Source: an uncultured Alphaproteobacteria bacterium
GTDB taxonomy: Bacteria > Pseudomonadota > Alphaproteobacteria > RF32 > CAG-239
Reading direction: 5' to 3'
DNA length: 64,000 nucleotides
Assembly (NCBI GenBank): GCA_947588275.1
Contig: CANPYJ010000001.1
Coordinates: forward strand, 20,292-84,291
Part shown: piece by piece, positions 1 to 8,703 of the stretch
How positions within the stretch are numbered: the stretch's first letter is position 1
How the letters are laid out: each line of letters begins with the position of its first letter
Notes under the pieces: model-generated
Databases searched by the model: none
Seen by the model: only the letters and a program-made list of their open reading frames with translations
What the model was told of the DNA's origin: nothing
Translations under genes and position numbers: made by a program

Positions 1-569
1 ACCTGACGCCGGACGATATCCGTCCGTGGGAAATGTATCAGCATGGCCGAATAACGCATTTTGAAGCCTTGCGTCGTATATTTGCCAAGATTCGCGTGCC
101 GGAAAAAGAGCTGCTTGCCTTCATTGACACCATAAACGTCGACAGGGCGTTCGGCCGTGCCGCCGCATACTGCCGACGCGCGCGGATTCCGGTTTATATA
201 GCGTCGGCCGGCTGCGATTATTATATTTGCCGCCTGATTGGCGACATAATTGCAAAAAATCGGATTAATTTGGTCACCAATATGGCGGACTATTCGGAAA
301 CCGGCGGGCTGAGACTGAAGGCTCCGGAAGACAGTCCGTTTTATGATGCCGAAGTCGGCGTTTCCAAAGTCGGGGTTGTGCGCTTGCTGCAACAGCAGGG
401 CTTCAAGGTGGTTTTTGCCGGCGACAGCCATGTTGATTTGCCGGCGGCCGAACTTGCCGACGCGGTGTTCGCCAAAGATTTTTTGCTGCGTGAGTGTCAA
501 CAGCGTAAAATTGCCGCTCGTCCGCTTATGTCTTTTGACGACATCATCAAATTTTTTGAGGAGCAATAA
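1..569 (+). CDS. HAD-IB family phosphatase (MtnX/PSP-like), 5' partial; reading frame is open back to the window edge
   Basis: C-terminal HAD motif III (VVFAGDSHVDLPAAELADAVFAKD) and overall MtnX-like layout. No stop upstream of the first Met at 33 in this frame. Stop at 567-569 overlaps the next gene's ATG (TAAAATG). Confidence 0.55.
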   Translation, partial: LTPDDIRPWEMYQHGRITHFEALRRIFAKIRVPEKELLAFIDTINVDRAFGRAAAYCRRARIPVYIASAGCDYYICRLIGDIIAKNRINLVTNMADYSETGGLRLKAPEDSPFYDAEVGVSKVGVVRLLQQQGFKVVFAGDSHVDLPAAELADAVFAKDFLLRECQQRKIAARPLMSFDDIIKFFEEQ

Positions 570-570
570 A

Positions 571-1650
571 ATGGCTTTTTGGTATCCGAACAAACAAATC
601 AATATTCCGTATCTGCTTAAAATCGGCGAGGGCAAACTGGCCAAGCTGGGCAAATATCTGGTTGACAAGGATTTGATGAATGTTGCCGTTTTTTGGGGCG
701 AGGGATTGTCTGCCGTTTATGGCGAGGTTTTCAATCAGAGCCTTGCGGCCTATCATATCAATGTGGTGCATCGGCAGGATGTGCGAGTTATAGATATTGA
801 AGAGATAACCAAAGTGGCATTTAATCTGCCGGCCGGTCTGGAAGCCGTTATCGGCATCGGCGGCGGGCGGGCGCTTGACTTTGGCAAATATTGTGCGCAC
901 TTGCTCAAAATTCCGTTTATTTCAATGCCGACCTCCACTTCCAACGACGGTTTTTGCAGTCCTAATTGTTCACTGTTGGTAGACGGCAAGCGCAAAAGCG
1001 TCAAATCAGGCGTTCCGTTCGGCGTTGTGATTGATTTGGACATCATCAAAAATTGTCCCGAAGCCTATATTTATTCAGGTTTGGGGGATATGATGTCCAA
1101 GGTGACCGCCTTGTGGGATTGGAAAAAAGCGGCGCAGAAAGGTTTGGACAGATACAATGATTTTGCCTCGCTGATGGCGTATAATTCTCTGGATTTGCTT
1201 TTCATAAAACACAGTTTTGACATTCATTCGCCGGAGTTTCAGCGCAGTTTGACCAACTCGCTTTTAATTTCGGGCATAGCGATGGAGATAGCCGGAACTT
1301 CGCGGCCGGCCAGCGGTTCGGAACATCTGATTTCACACGCTTTGGACGCGGTTTCGCGTTATCCCAAGATGCACGGTCTGCAAGTCGGCGTTGCTTCGTA
1401 TTTGTGCGCGCTGTTGCAAGAAAACAATTCGACTGACGGTATTCGAGAGGTCTTTTCCCGCACCGGCTTTTTTGATTATGTCGCGCAAAATCCGTTTGAA
1501 CGCGGCGAGTTTATAGAGGCCTTGCGATTGGCGCCGTCAATCAAAGACAACTACTACACCGTTTTGTCTGAACCGCACAGCTTTGAGCGCGCCGTCAGAT
1601 TTTTGGATAATGATGAAATTTTAAAAACCGTGGTTCATTCGCATATTTAA
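571..1650 (+). CDS. glycerol-1-phosphate dehydrogenase-like NAD(P)-dependent enzyme (EgsA/AraM family, iron-ADH/DHQS fold)
   Basis: GIGGGRALDFGKY glycine-rich loop, MPTSTSNDG, SGSEHLISHALD metal-binding motif. ATG at 571 immediately after the upstream stop. The 343-start ORF in the track is an out-of-context extension. Confidence 0.6.
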   Translation: MAFWYPNKQINIPYLLKIGEGKLAKLGKYLVDKDLMNVAVFWGEGLSAVYGEVFNQSLAAYHINVVHRQDVRVIDIEEITKVAFNLPAGLEAVIGIGGGRALDFGKYCAHLLKIPFISMPTSTSNDGFCSPNCSLLVDGKRKSVKSGVPFGVVIDLDIIKNCPEAYIYSGLGDMMSKVTALWDWKKAAQKGLDRYNDFASLMAYNSLDLLFIKHSFDIHSPEFQRSLTNSLLISGIAMEIAGTSRPASGSEHLISHALDAVSRYPKMHGLQVGVASYLCALLQENNSTDGIREVFSRTGFFDYVAQNPFERGEFIEALRLAPSIKDNYYTVLSEPHSFERAVRFLDNDEILKTVVHSHI

Positions 1651-1684
1651 ATCACTTTGGCAATGATTACATACACTCTGAATT

Positions 1685-3031
1685 TTGAACCCTATTCAGA
1701 GGAAACGTATCGTGCCGGAACAAATCAATCAACAAACTTTTTACAAACTCGGTGGCGGCTATAGCCTGACGCGTCTTAATTCGGCGGAATGCAGCCTGAT
1801 GTTTCGCAATTCCGACAGGCAGCTGTTGGCTGTTTTGAGCGGCTGCGGCAACAAAATCACGGCCATTGCGCCGTATCGGGACTATCAATTGAGCGCGGCA
1901 GAATATAAGCTTTTGCGCCGTTTTGTCTTAACCCGCGGTTTCGGTCTTAATGTCGAAACGGCGGCGGTTCTTGGTCTGTCGGTTTTGCGCTATGCCGACG
2001 GGCGGGAAGAGTTTGTGCCGCCCCGGCGTCTGCGCAAAAAAATTGCCGATGCCTCGGAGTTGGAGTATCTGCATGTCGGCGGGCTGAGGAGACATACGCT
2101 GGTTTTGCCGGACTTTTGCCGCATTAATCTTATAAATCTGAGTCGCGCCGAAATCAAAAAACTCATCATCGGTGTCAATTGCGGCGCCCAGGTGGATTTG
2201 CGCGACAATCAGCATATTGCGGCCGTGCGCGTCGGCAAAAGTTTCAACGGCAGTCTCAATTTGTCGCGCAGCACGGTCGAGAGCGTGGCCATTGCCGATA
2301 ATTGCCGCTGCGATTTGGCCGTGTTTGACAGCAAGCGCTGTTTTACGTTGAATATCGGCGACGTCTACAGCGGCAATCTGCACATCAAAAACTCATGTTT
2401 TCATAATATCGCGGTTGGCTACTACAGCTATGCTGCCCTGCGGTTGACAGACAATTGGGGACGACGCGACGTTGTTGTCGGCGATTCTTTCCGCGGCCAG
2501 ATTTATATGGATAACGTAAATGTCGGCTTGCTCAAAGTCGGCAAAGATTGTAAAGGCGCGGTCAACATTTTGGGCGGCAGCCGCAGGTGCTGCAAGATTG
2601 AACTCGGAAACGAATTTGCCGGCGTGTTGGATTTGCGCGGTCCCTCAAATGTGCAATTGTTGAACATCGGCTCTTATGCCCGCGGCAAATTCAATTTGTT
2701 GGGCGCAGAGTGGATTCGACAGGTAAAATTCGGCAGTTTTTACGCCGGTTATGCCGATTTTAGCGATTCCAAGGTCGAATATGTGAGTGCCGGCGAAGGT
2801 TGCGGCGGCGAAATGGTTTTTTCAGGCTGTGACGGTCTCAAGCTTCTGCAGTTGCCCCGCCATCGTAATTCGGTCTTGGTTCTTGACCATAAACCGTTGG
2901 AAATTCGATCTTCCGGCAATGTGCTATATTATTGTTTCGTACCCGGAGCGGCCGAGAATTTTGCCTATCCGCCACTCTATCAAAAAATTTTTCGCGGGAT
3001 TCGCGGAATTTTTGCCGCTCACAGCGGATAA
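1685..3031 (+). CDS. hypothetical repeat protein with about ten ~21-aa leucine/isoleucine-rich repeats (LRR or beta-solenoid-like). Start codon uncertain (TTG in ORF track).
   Basis: Long ORF with periodic xLxLxx...Ixx pattern (INLINLSRAEIKKLIIGVNC / NGSLNLSRSTVESVAIADNC / NLHIKNSCFHNIAVG ...). No signal peptide seen. Coding-like composition. Confidence 0.5.
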   Translation: MNPIQRKRIVPEQINQQTFYKLGGGYSLTRLNSAECSLMFRNSDRQLLAVLSGCGNKITAIAPYRDYQLSAAEYKLLRRFVLTRGFGLNVETAAVLGLSVLRYADGREEFVPPRRLRKKIADASELEYLHVGGLRRHTLVLPDFCRINLINLSRAEIKKLIIGVNCGAQVDLRDNQHIAAVRVGKSFNGSLNLSRSTVESVAIADNCRCDLAVFDSKRCFTLNIGDVYSGNLHIKNSCFHNIAVGYYSYAALRLTDNWGRRDVVVGDSFRGQIYMDNVNVGLLKVGKDCKGAVNILGGSRRCCKIELGNEFAGVLDLRGPSNVQLLNIGSYARGKFNLLGAEWIRQVKFGSFYAGYADFSDSKVEYVSAGEGCGGEMVFSGCDGLKLLQLPRHRNSVLVLDHKPLEIRSSGNVLYYCFVPGAAENFAYPPLYQKIFRGIRGIFAAHSG

Positions 3032-3124
3032 AAATGTTACGGTTTTGTTACAAAAACAGTTGTTTTAAAGCCGGAGCTGTGATATATTGAAAGTATAAGA
3101 AACCTTGTTAAAAGGGAGGCTATT

Positions 3125-3502
3125 ATGATGCAGGAAAAAGTTTTGAAAGGGCGCGAATTTCTGGAGAGAATTTCGGCTCCTGACGTTGGCAAAGACGAGT
3201 TGTTTAACGCTCTGTTTGACGCGCGCGGAAATGGCGACAATATCAATACCAAACACGTCTTTTTTCAAGATGTTATCATCAAGTTCAATGCCTCAAAAGC
3301 CGCTGACGTTATTAAACGCAATTTGCCCTATGAAACCGACAGCCATTATGTCGACGTCGTGCTTTATCGATACATGCAGATAGGAGGCAATATGAAAGAT
3401 TTTGATCGCGATTTGCAGGAGCACAAGCAGGCCTACGAACGCAGCAAAAGCTTTGTTCCGCCGCTGCGGACCTTCGCCGATCGAACCGGTATGCAGATAT
3501 AA
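3125..3502 (+). CDS. hypothetical protein (125 aa)
   Basis: RBS AAAGGGAGG 6 nt upstream of ATG. Followed by terminator hairpin. Confidence 0.5.
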   Translation: MMQEKVLKGREFLERISAPDVGKDELFNALFDARGNGDNINTKHVFFQDVIIKFNASKAADVIKRNLPYETDSHYVDVVLYRYMQIGGNMKDFDRDLQEHKQAYERSKSFVPPLRTFADRTGMQI

Positions 3503-3535
3503 AAAAACAAGCTCTATTGAGCTTGTTTTTTTTGC
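3501..3535. terminator. bidirectional rho-independent terminator (acaagctc-tatt-gagcttgt flanked by A and T runs)
   Basis: Perfect 8-bp inverted repeat with A7 upstream and T8 downstream. Overlaps the last codons of the EamA gene on the minus strand. Confidence 0.6.
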
Positions 3536-4398
3536 GCGAAACTGACCAGCGCGATTCCGCCGATAATCAAAATTCCGCCGACCAACTGCGAGGCATACAG
3601 TTTTTCGTGTAAGATAAAATAGGCTTCGGCGCCGGCAAACAAAGGCAGCAGATAATAAATAACGCCGGTTTTCAAACTCCCGATTTTGTTAAGTGCCGTA
3701 TTCCAAGACAAATATGAAATGACCGAGTTAAAAATTCCCAGATAGGCAAAAACCGCCCAATCCTGCCATTGCAATCGGCGCAGGCCGTCAATGCCGACCG
3801 TGGTAATCATAAACGGATAAATGATAATCAGTCCCACAATCACCGTGGCGGCCAGCAAAGTCGTTTGGCTGATTTGCTCCGGACGTCTGGCTTGCAGAAG
3901 CGAATAAACGGCAAAACAAAAAGTATTGGCCAGCATCAGCCAATCGCCGCGCACAAACTTGACTTGTGCCAGCCGGCTGAAATCGCCCTGCACAATAATC
4001 ACCATAACGCCCAAAACGGCGGTCAAAAGTCCGAGCATCTGTTTCCAGTCAATTTTCATCTTATAAAAAATCATGGAAAGCAAAACCATAAATATCGGGC
4101 CGGTAATGTCCAGCAGTCCCATATTGACGGCCGAGGCGGTGCGTCCGGCATAATAAATCAGCGTATTGTCCCACACAATGCCGGTGAGCGCCAGCGCCAC
4201 AATCAGCCAGCTGTGTTCCAAAAGCAGGCGGTAGTTGCGCTTGAGGCCGTTCCAAGCCAGCGGAATCAGGACAAACGCCGCCACAAACCAGCGGCCGAAA
4301 GCAATCTCAAAAGGCTGGAGCGAAGTTGCAAAATAACTTGCGATAATCAGGTTAAAACTCCAAAAAAACACGGCGGTCAAAGCCAACGCATATCCCAT
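3514..4398 (-). CDS. EamA/DMT-family drug/metabolite transporter (10 TMS)
   Basis: Two repeated ~140-aa hydrophobic halves typical of EamA. 294 aa. Confidence 0.75.
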   Translation of the reverse strand: MGYALALTAVFFWSFNLIIASYFATSLQPFEIAFGRWFVAAFVLIPLAWNGLKRNYRLLLEHSWLIVALALTGIVWDNTLIYYAGRTASAVNMGLLDITGPIFMVLLSMIFYKMKIDWKQMLGLLTAVLGVMVIIVQGDFSRLAQVKFVRGDWLMLANTFCFAVYSLLQARRPEQISQTTLLAATVIVGLIIIYPFMITTVGIDGLRRLQWQDWAVFAYLGIFNSVISYLSWNTALNKIGSLKTGVIYYLLPLFAGAEAYFILHEKLYASQLVGGILIIGGIALVSFAQKKQAQ

Positions 4399-4453
4399 AT
4401 CTCTTCTCCTTTGCGTAAGATATAGTCGTGCCGTCGCCGGTTTTACAGGGAGG

Positions 4454-5182
4454 TCAGGATTTAGGTTTGATCAAATGATTAATCACGCCGTAAAGCGTGT
4501 TGACTTCTTGTTCGGTCAGTTGGTTGCGGGTGAAGATGTTGCGCAGATTAATGACCATTTTTTCACGTTTTTCGCCGACGCGAAAATTGCCGCAGTCGTC
4601 AAGAAGATTTTCCAGATAAGCGCAAAATTTCAACACCAGAGATTTGTCGGCCGGCGTTGTGTTGTTGGTTACAAACTGTCGTCCGCCCATGTCGGCCTGC
4701 GTTTTGTAAAATTCGTATCCGACCAGCAACACGGCCTGAGACAAATTAAGCGAACAATGTTTGGGATTAAGCGGAATGTTGATAATGGCGTCTGCCAGAC
4801 AAATGTCGCGGTTGTTCAGACCGGTGCGCTCGGGGCCGAACATCAATCCGCAGGATATGCCGGACTGTATCTTGAGGGCGGCGTCTGCAGCCGCGGTTTC
4901 GGCGCTCAAGACGCTTTTGGTCTGATCACGATGCCGCGCCGTTGTTGCCGCCACCCAGCCGAGATCTCCGACAGCTTCTTCGGTAGAGGAAAAAACTTTG
5001 GCCTGATATAAAATTTCTTCAGCGTTGGAAGAAGCGGCAACGGCTTTGGCCGACAAATGATCTTCGCGCGGATTGACCAGCCGCAGTTCCGCAAGCCCGC
5101 AGTTCATCATGGCGCGTGCCGCCATACCGACATTTTCGGCCAGTTGCGGTTCAACCAAAATAACACAGGGAAGGGTGATCAT
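4454..5182 (-). CDS. trmJ: tRNA (cytidine/uridine-2'-O-)-methyltransferase TrmJ (SpoU/TrmH family)
   Basis: N-terminal VILVEPQLAENVGMAARAMMNCG... SPOUT motifs. Start codon overlaps the upstream gene's stop. Confidence 0.8.
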   Translation of the reverse strand: MITLPCVILVEPQLAENVGMAARAMMNCGLAELRLVNPREDHLSAKAVAASSNAEEILYQAKVFSSTEEAVGDLGWVAATTARHRDQTKSVLSAETAAADAALKIQSGISCGLMFGPERTGLNNRDICLADAIINIPLNPKHCSLNLSQAVLLVGYEFYKTQADMGGRQFVTNNTTPADKSLVLKFCAYLENLLDDCGNFRVGEKREKMVINLRNIFTRNQLTEQEVNTLYGVINHLIKPKS

Positions 5183-5712
5183 TGCAGCGGCGTCTCGGCA
5201 GTTGTTGCCTGCTCAGGTTCGACCGACGAAACGACTTCCGGCGGGTCAACGGTAAAAGTGGCATTCAGATATTTTTGAAAATCTTTGCGGTCATGCAGAT
5301 TAACGCTGGGCTGGGTGTAGACTTCCGGATTTTCGTCTTTTTGCAGGTCCAGATTATGCTGACGGACACGCATTTTTTGCATCGTTTCAATCGCGTTCAT
5401 CAGCCGCCGGCGTTCCCGCACATCCATGTGGACGGCTTTGTCCTGCAGGGTTCGTTTCAGGCTTTTTTGCGCGACGATAATCTGCTGCGGTGTAAATTCG
5501 GAAACCGGATATTCGATTTTTGGCGCGGCCTCGTCATCGGCTTTGTTTTTTGCAGCTGGAATTTCAGGTGCGGGTTCAAGCGTTTGGGGCAGAGCTTCGG
5601 CAATGGCCGGCGCAGTTTTTTGAGGTGCGGGTGCCGTCGCGGAAGACAACAATTGGGCATGAAGGCCGAAAGGGAATAACGCCGTTGCCAAAATCAGACC
5701 AAATTTGCGCAT
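5179..5712 (-). CDS. secreted hypothetical protein (signal peptide, Pro/Ala-rich N-terminus)
   Basis: MRKFGLILATALFPFGLHA signal peptide. In operon between cysE and trmJ. Confidence 0.5.
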   Translation of the reverse strand: MRKFGLILATALFPFGLHAQLLSSATAPAPQKTAPAIAEALPQTLEPAPEIPAAKNKADDEAAPKIEYPVSEFTPQQIIVAQKSLKRTLQDKAVHMDVRERRRLMNAIETMQKMRVRQHNLDLQKDENPEVYTQPSVNLHDRKDFQKYLNATFTVDPPEVVSSVEPEQATTAETPLQ

Positions 5713-5723
5713 TGTTTAAAGTC

Positions 5724-6299
5724 CTAATCAGTAGAAAGCAAATCTATACTGTTAAACAAGATATTTCCCATATCCAGTCCGGAGCTGTCTTCTACCACGT
5801 CCAAAATTCCGGAGAACATTGTATCAAAGGGGTTGCTCTGATGTCCGAGGCTGTTGTATGCATCATGCAGCTGCCGGGCATAAGCTTGCGGCATATCTTT
5901 GATTTTTTGATCATAGCTTTTCGGAATTTTATATCCCAAATCGCGCAGGTGTTGAGTGGCTACCAGCATATTGTGGCGGTTAACTTCCGGGGCAATCATT
6001 TCTTGTCCCTGAGCCTCGCCGAAAGTCGTGGCTTCGCCGATATAATTGAGCTTGCCGTGTTGTCCGCTGCCGCGCCAGGTCTTGATGCCGCTGTTGTCGC
6101 GGGCGCGCGCCCAAGGATCGACCGGTTGAATATCAGTGCCGTAAAGCGGAGCCTCGGTCACGTTTGTATTGGCGACTTTGTCACCTTTATAACCGTCGTT
6201 GGGCGTAATGTTCCACGGATTCGCCGGAAGCTGTGCCAGTGCGGTGGAACAAACCAGCAGCGCCGCCGCGGCACTCAGCATAACAAATTGTTTTTTCAT
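5724..6299 (-). CDS. secreted hypothetical protein (signal peptide)
   Basis: MKKQFVMLSAAAALLVCSTALAQ signal peptide. 191 aa. Confidence 0.5.
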   Translation of the reverse strand: MKKQFVMLSAAAALLVCSTALAQLPANPWNITPNDGYKGDKVANTNVTEAPLYGTDIQPVDPWARARDNSGIKTWRGSGQHGKLNYIGEATTFGEAQGQEMIAPEVNRHNMLVATQHLRDLGYKIPKSYDQKIKDMPQAYARQLHDAYNSLGHQSNPFDTMFSGILDVVEDSSGLDMGNILFNSIDLLSTD

Positions 6300-6379
6300 A
6301 ACACCCTCCTGCCAAAGACCCCTATAACGTTATCATACCATAAAAAATAGCATAATAATAGTTACAAAATTGTTAAATA

Positions 6380-7051
6380 TCAGCTCTTTGTGCGGGAAGA
6401 AGCTTTCTTGAGTTCGCGCAGTTCCGTTTCCAGAGCCTCCAGACGACACTCGATTGGGTCTTTGTCGGCAGCGCAAACGCCGTATGCGGCAAACTTTCGC
6501 GATGCGTCTGCACGGTGCTGGGTTTTATGCGCCGGCACGCCGACGACGGTTTGTCCGGCCGCCACGTCTTTCAGCACCACGGCATTGGCTCCGATTTTAG
6601 CGTCGTTGCCGATAACGATCGGTCCCAAAATTTGTGCGCCGGCGCCGACAACCACGTTGTCTCCGAGAGTAGGATGGCGTTTGGCGGTGATTTTTCCGTG
6701 TTTGTCAAAAGCGGCCACGCCGCCCAACGTCACGCCGTGATAAAGCGTGACGTTGTTGCCGATTTCGGTTGTTTCTCCGATAACCACGCCCATACCGTGG
6801 TCGATGAAGAAACCTTTGCCGATTCGCGCCGCCGGATGGATTTCGACTCCGGTCAAAAAACGCACCGCTTGCGCCAACACGCGTGCCAAAAGCCTGAAGT
6901 TGCGGTTCCACAGCCAATGACAGCCTCGATGCGCGATAATCGCCTGCAGTCCGGCCGAGCACAAAATCGCCTCAAAACGCGAATGCGTAGCCGGATCTCG
7001 GGCAATCACCGCGTCTATGTCTTGAAGAATCATCTTGAATTTTGAATTCAT
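6380..7051 (-). CDS. cysE: serine O-acetyltransferase
   Basis: SATase N-domain plus hexapeptide repeats ([24 protein letters not shown]). Start set at MNSKFKM. Has C-terminal coiled-coil-like extension. Confidence 0.85.
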   Translation of the reverse strand: MNSKFKMILQDIDAVIARDPATHSRFEAILCSAGLQAIIAHRGCHWLWNRNFRLLARVLAQAVRFLTGVEIHPAARIGKGFFIDHGMGVVIGETTEIGNNVTLYHGVTLGGVAAFDKHGKITAKRHPTLGDNVVVGAGAQILGPIVIGNDAKIGANAVVLKDVAAGQTVVGVPAHKTQHRADASRKFAAYGVCAADKDPIECRLEALETELRELKKASSRTKS

Positions 7052-7137
7052 TTTATGATACATTCCCAATCTGTTAATGATTTGTACAGTTTTTATAGAT
7101 ATAATACGCAAAAGTTCTAAATTTAGGTTAAAGGTTT

Positions 7138-7947
7138 ATGACTGAAGTTTTATTTAACGGCCACGCCGGCCGTCTGGAAGGACGCTATCATCAGAGCGAG
7201 ACGCCGGGGGCTCCGGTGGCGCTGATTTTGCATCCGCATCCGCAGTATGGTGGCACTATGAACAACAAAGTTGTCTACACGCTGTTCAGCTGTTTCCAAA
7301 ATCTCGGATTTTCGGTTTTACGGTTCAATTTCCGCAGTGTTGGGCGTTCGCAGGGCAATTTTGAAGACGGCCCCGGAGAGCTGGCCGACGCCACGGCGGC
7401 GTTGGATTGGCTGCAATCGGTCAACCCTGAGGCACGCCAATGCTGGATTGCCGGTTATTCGTTTGGAGCGTGGATCGGCCTGCAACTTTTAATGCGGCGG
7501 CCGGATATTGATAATTTTATTGCCGTTTCGCCGCCCGCCGACGAAAAAGATTTTTCGTTTTTGGCGCCGTGTCCGGCTTCCGGGCTCATTACCCAGGGCT
7601 GTGAAGATGAGATTGTATCGCCGGCCAGCGTTACCGCATTGGTCAAACGGCTCAATACGCAGCGCAATGTTTCGGTTGACTATGCCATGGTTGAAGGCGC
7701 CGACCACATGTATAACAATCATTTGGTCGATTTATACAAGATTGCCGGTCACTATGTGCTTGACGAGCTCAAAAAACGAGGTCCGTCGCGCAAACGCCGC
7801 GGTCGCCGCCGCAAGCTCGACATGCAGAACGGCGAGGGCGATGAGCCGTTGTTGCTTGAGGGCGCCGACAGCGCGGATGAAGATTTCGACGATGACTTTG
7901 ACGAGGCGGATGACGACAGCCTGCCGCCGGATGAAGACGAAGAATAG
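7138..7947 (+). CDS. alpha/beta-fold hydrolase (COG2945-like) with C-terminal basic patch KRGPSRKRRGRRRK followed by polyacidic tail
   Basis: GYSFGAW nucleophile elbow (GxSxG). Last 60 aa are highly charged. Confidence 0.7.
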   Translation: MTEVLFNGHAGRLEGRYHQSETPGAPVALILHPHPQYGGTMNNKVVYTLFSCFQNLGFSVLRFNFRSVGRSQGNFEDGPGELADATAALDWLQSVNPEARQCWIAGYSFGAWIGLQLLMRRPDIDNFIAVSPPADEKDFSFLAPCPASGLITQGCEDEIVSPASVTALVKRLNTQRNVSVDYAMVEGADHMYNNHLVDLYKIAGHYVLDELKKRGPSRKRRGRRRKLDMQNGEGDEPLLLEGADSADEDFDDDFDEADDDSLPPDEDEE

Positions 7948-7956
7948 TTCACAAAA

Positions 7957-7986
7957 ATCCCCGCCGTGTCGGCGGGGATTTTTGTG
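7957..7986 (+). terminator. rho-independent terminator (atccccgccg-tgtc-ggcggggat + TTTTTGTG)
   Basis: GC-rich 10-bp stem followed by T-run, 10 nt after stop. Confidence 0.65.
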
Positions 7987-8011
7987 TCGGCAGGACAAAC
8001 GGACGAAAGGG

Positions 8012-8221
8012 TTAAGGATTTTGTTGCAAACAGCGCAAAATATATACCCGAATGGCGCTTGAGAGATTGGCTTGCGAACGTTGGGCGTCAATTTCGGTAA
8101 TCAGGGCGTTCAGACTCATTTGCCGCGCCGCCGCAAGTTTTTTGAGCTCGTCATAAAACTCATCTTCCAGACAAATGCTGGTAGAGTGGCGATTGGCAAT
8201 AATGACCGAGATTTTACGCAT
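8012..8221 (-). CDS. ribbon-helix-helix (Arc/CopG/MetJ-like) DNA-binding protein, 69 aa from MRKISV
   Basis: N-terminal beta-strand KISVIIANRHSTSICLEDEFYDELKKLA typical of RHH. Overlaps sspB stop by 8 nt. Confidence 0.5.
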   Translation of the reverse strand: MRKISVIIANRHSTSICLEDEFYDELKKLAAARQMSLNALITEIDAQRSQANLSSAIRVYILRCLQQNP

Positions 8222-8681
8222 TTTTGTTGCGGTATTCGTCAATGGAGACAACCGTTGCCGCACCGGAGGCCTTCTTGAGCACTTCCGGTTCGCCAGTCAA
8301 GGATTCGTCGCGTGCCGGCATATTGTGGCTGTTGCTGAAACTTAGGGCAAATTTGGCGTAAGGATCGGCAAAATAGGTAATGGCATCATAGGGAATCCGC
8401 AGCGTTTGGGGGATGCCGCCAAAACTTAAATCGACTTCAAAATAAGTCGGGCTGACCATCAAGTTGGCAAATTGATGCTGCAAAACGATGGTCATTTCTT
8501 CCGGATATTGGTCTAAGAGCGGCGCCGAAATTCGAGCGTCGGGATGATTGGTCTTGAAAGTGATATAAAAATGGTGTTCGCCGGGCAGGCCGTCCTCGGC
8601 CACAATTTTGAGGGCGCCGATAACCACGTATTTCAGTGAGGCCTCCACCAGTTTGTCATAATTAATTTCAAGCGTTTTCAT
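8214..8681 (-). CDS. sspB: stringent starvation protein B, ClpXP adaptor for ssrA-tagged proteins
   Basis: MKTLEINYDKLVEASLKYVV... FYITFKTNHPDARISAPLLDQYPEEMTIVLQHQFANL matches SspB N-domain. RBS AAAAGG upstream. Start set at Met28 of the track ORF. Confidence 0.8.
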   Translation of the reverse strand: MKTLEINYDKLVEASLKYVVIGALKIVAEDGLPGEHHFYITFKTNHPDARISAPLLDQYPEEMTIVLQHQFANLMVSPTYFEVDLSFGGIPQTLRIPYDAITYFADPYAKFALSFSNSHNMPARDESLTGEPEVLKKASGAATVVSIDEYRNKNA

Positions 8682-8703
8682 GCATTTGCCTTTTATCAAA
8701 CCT

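Noticed and set aside
343-1650. Track ORF starting at 343 (435 aa)
   Set aside because: First 76 aa are an out-of-frame overlap of the upstream HAD gene with no family signal. The G1PDH-like gene starts at ATG 571.
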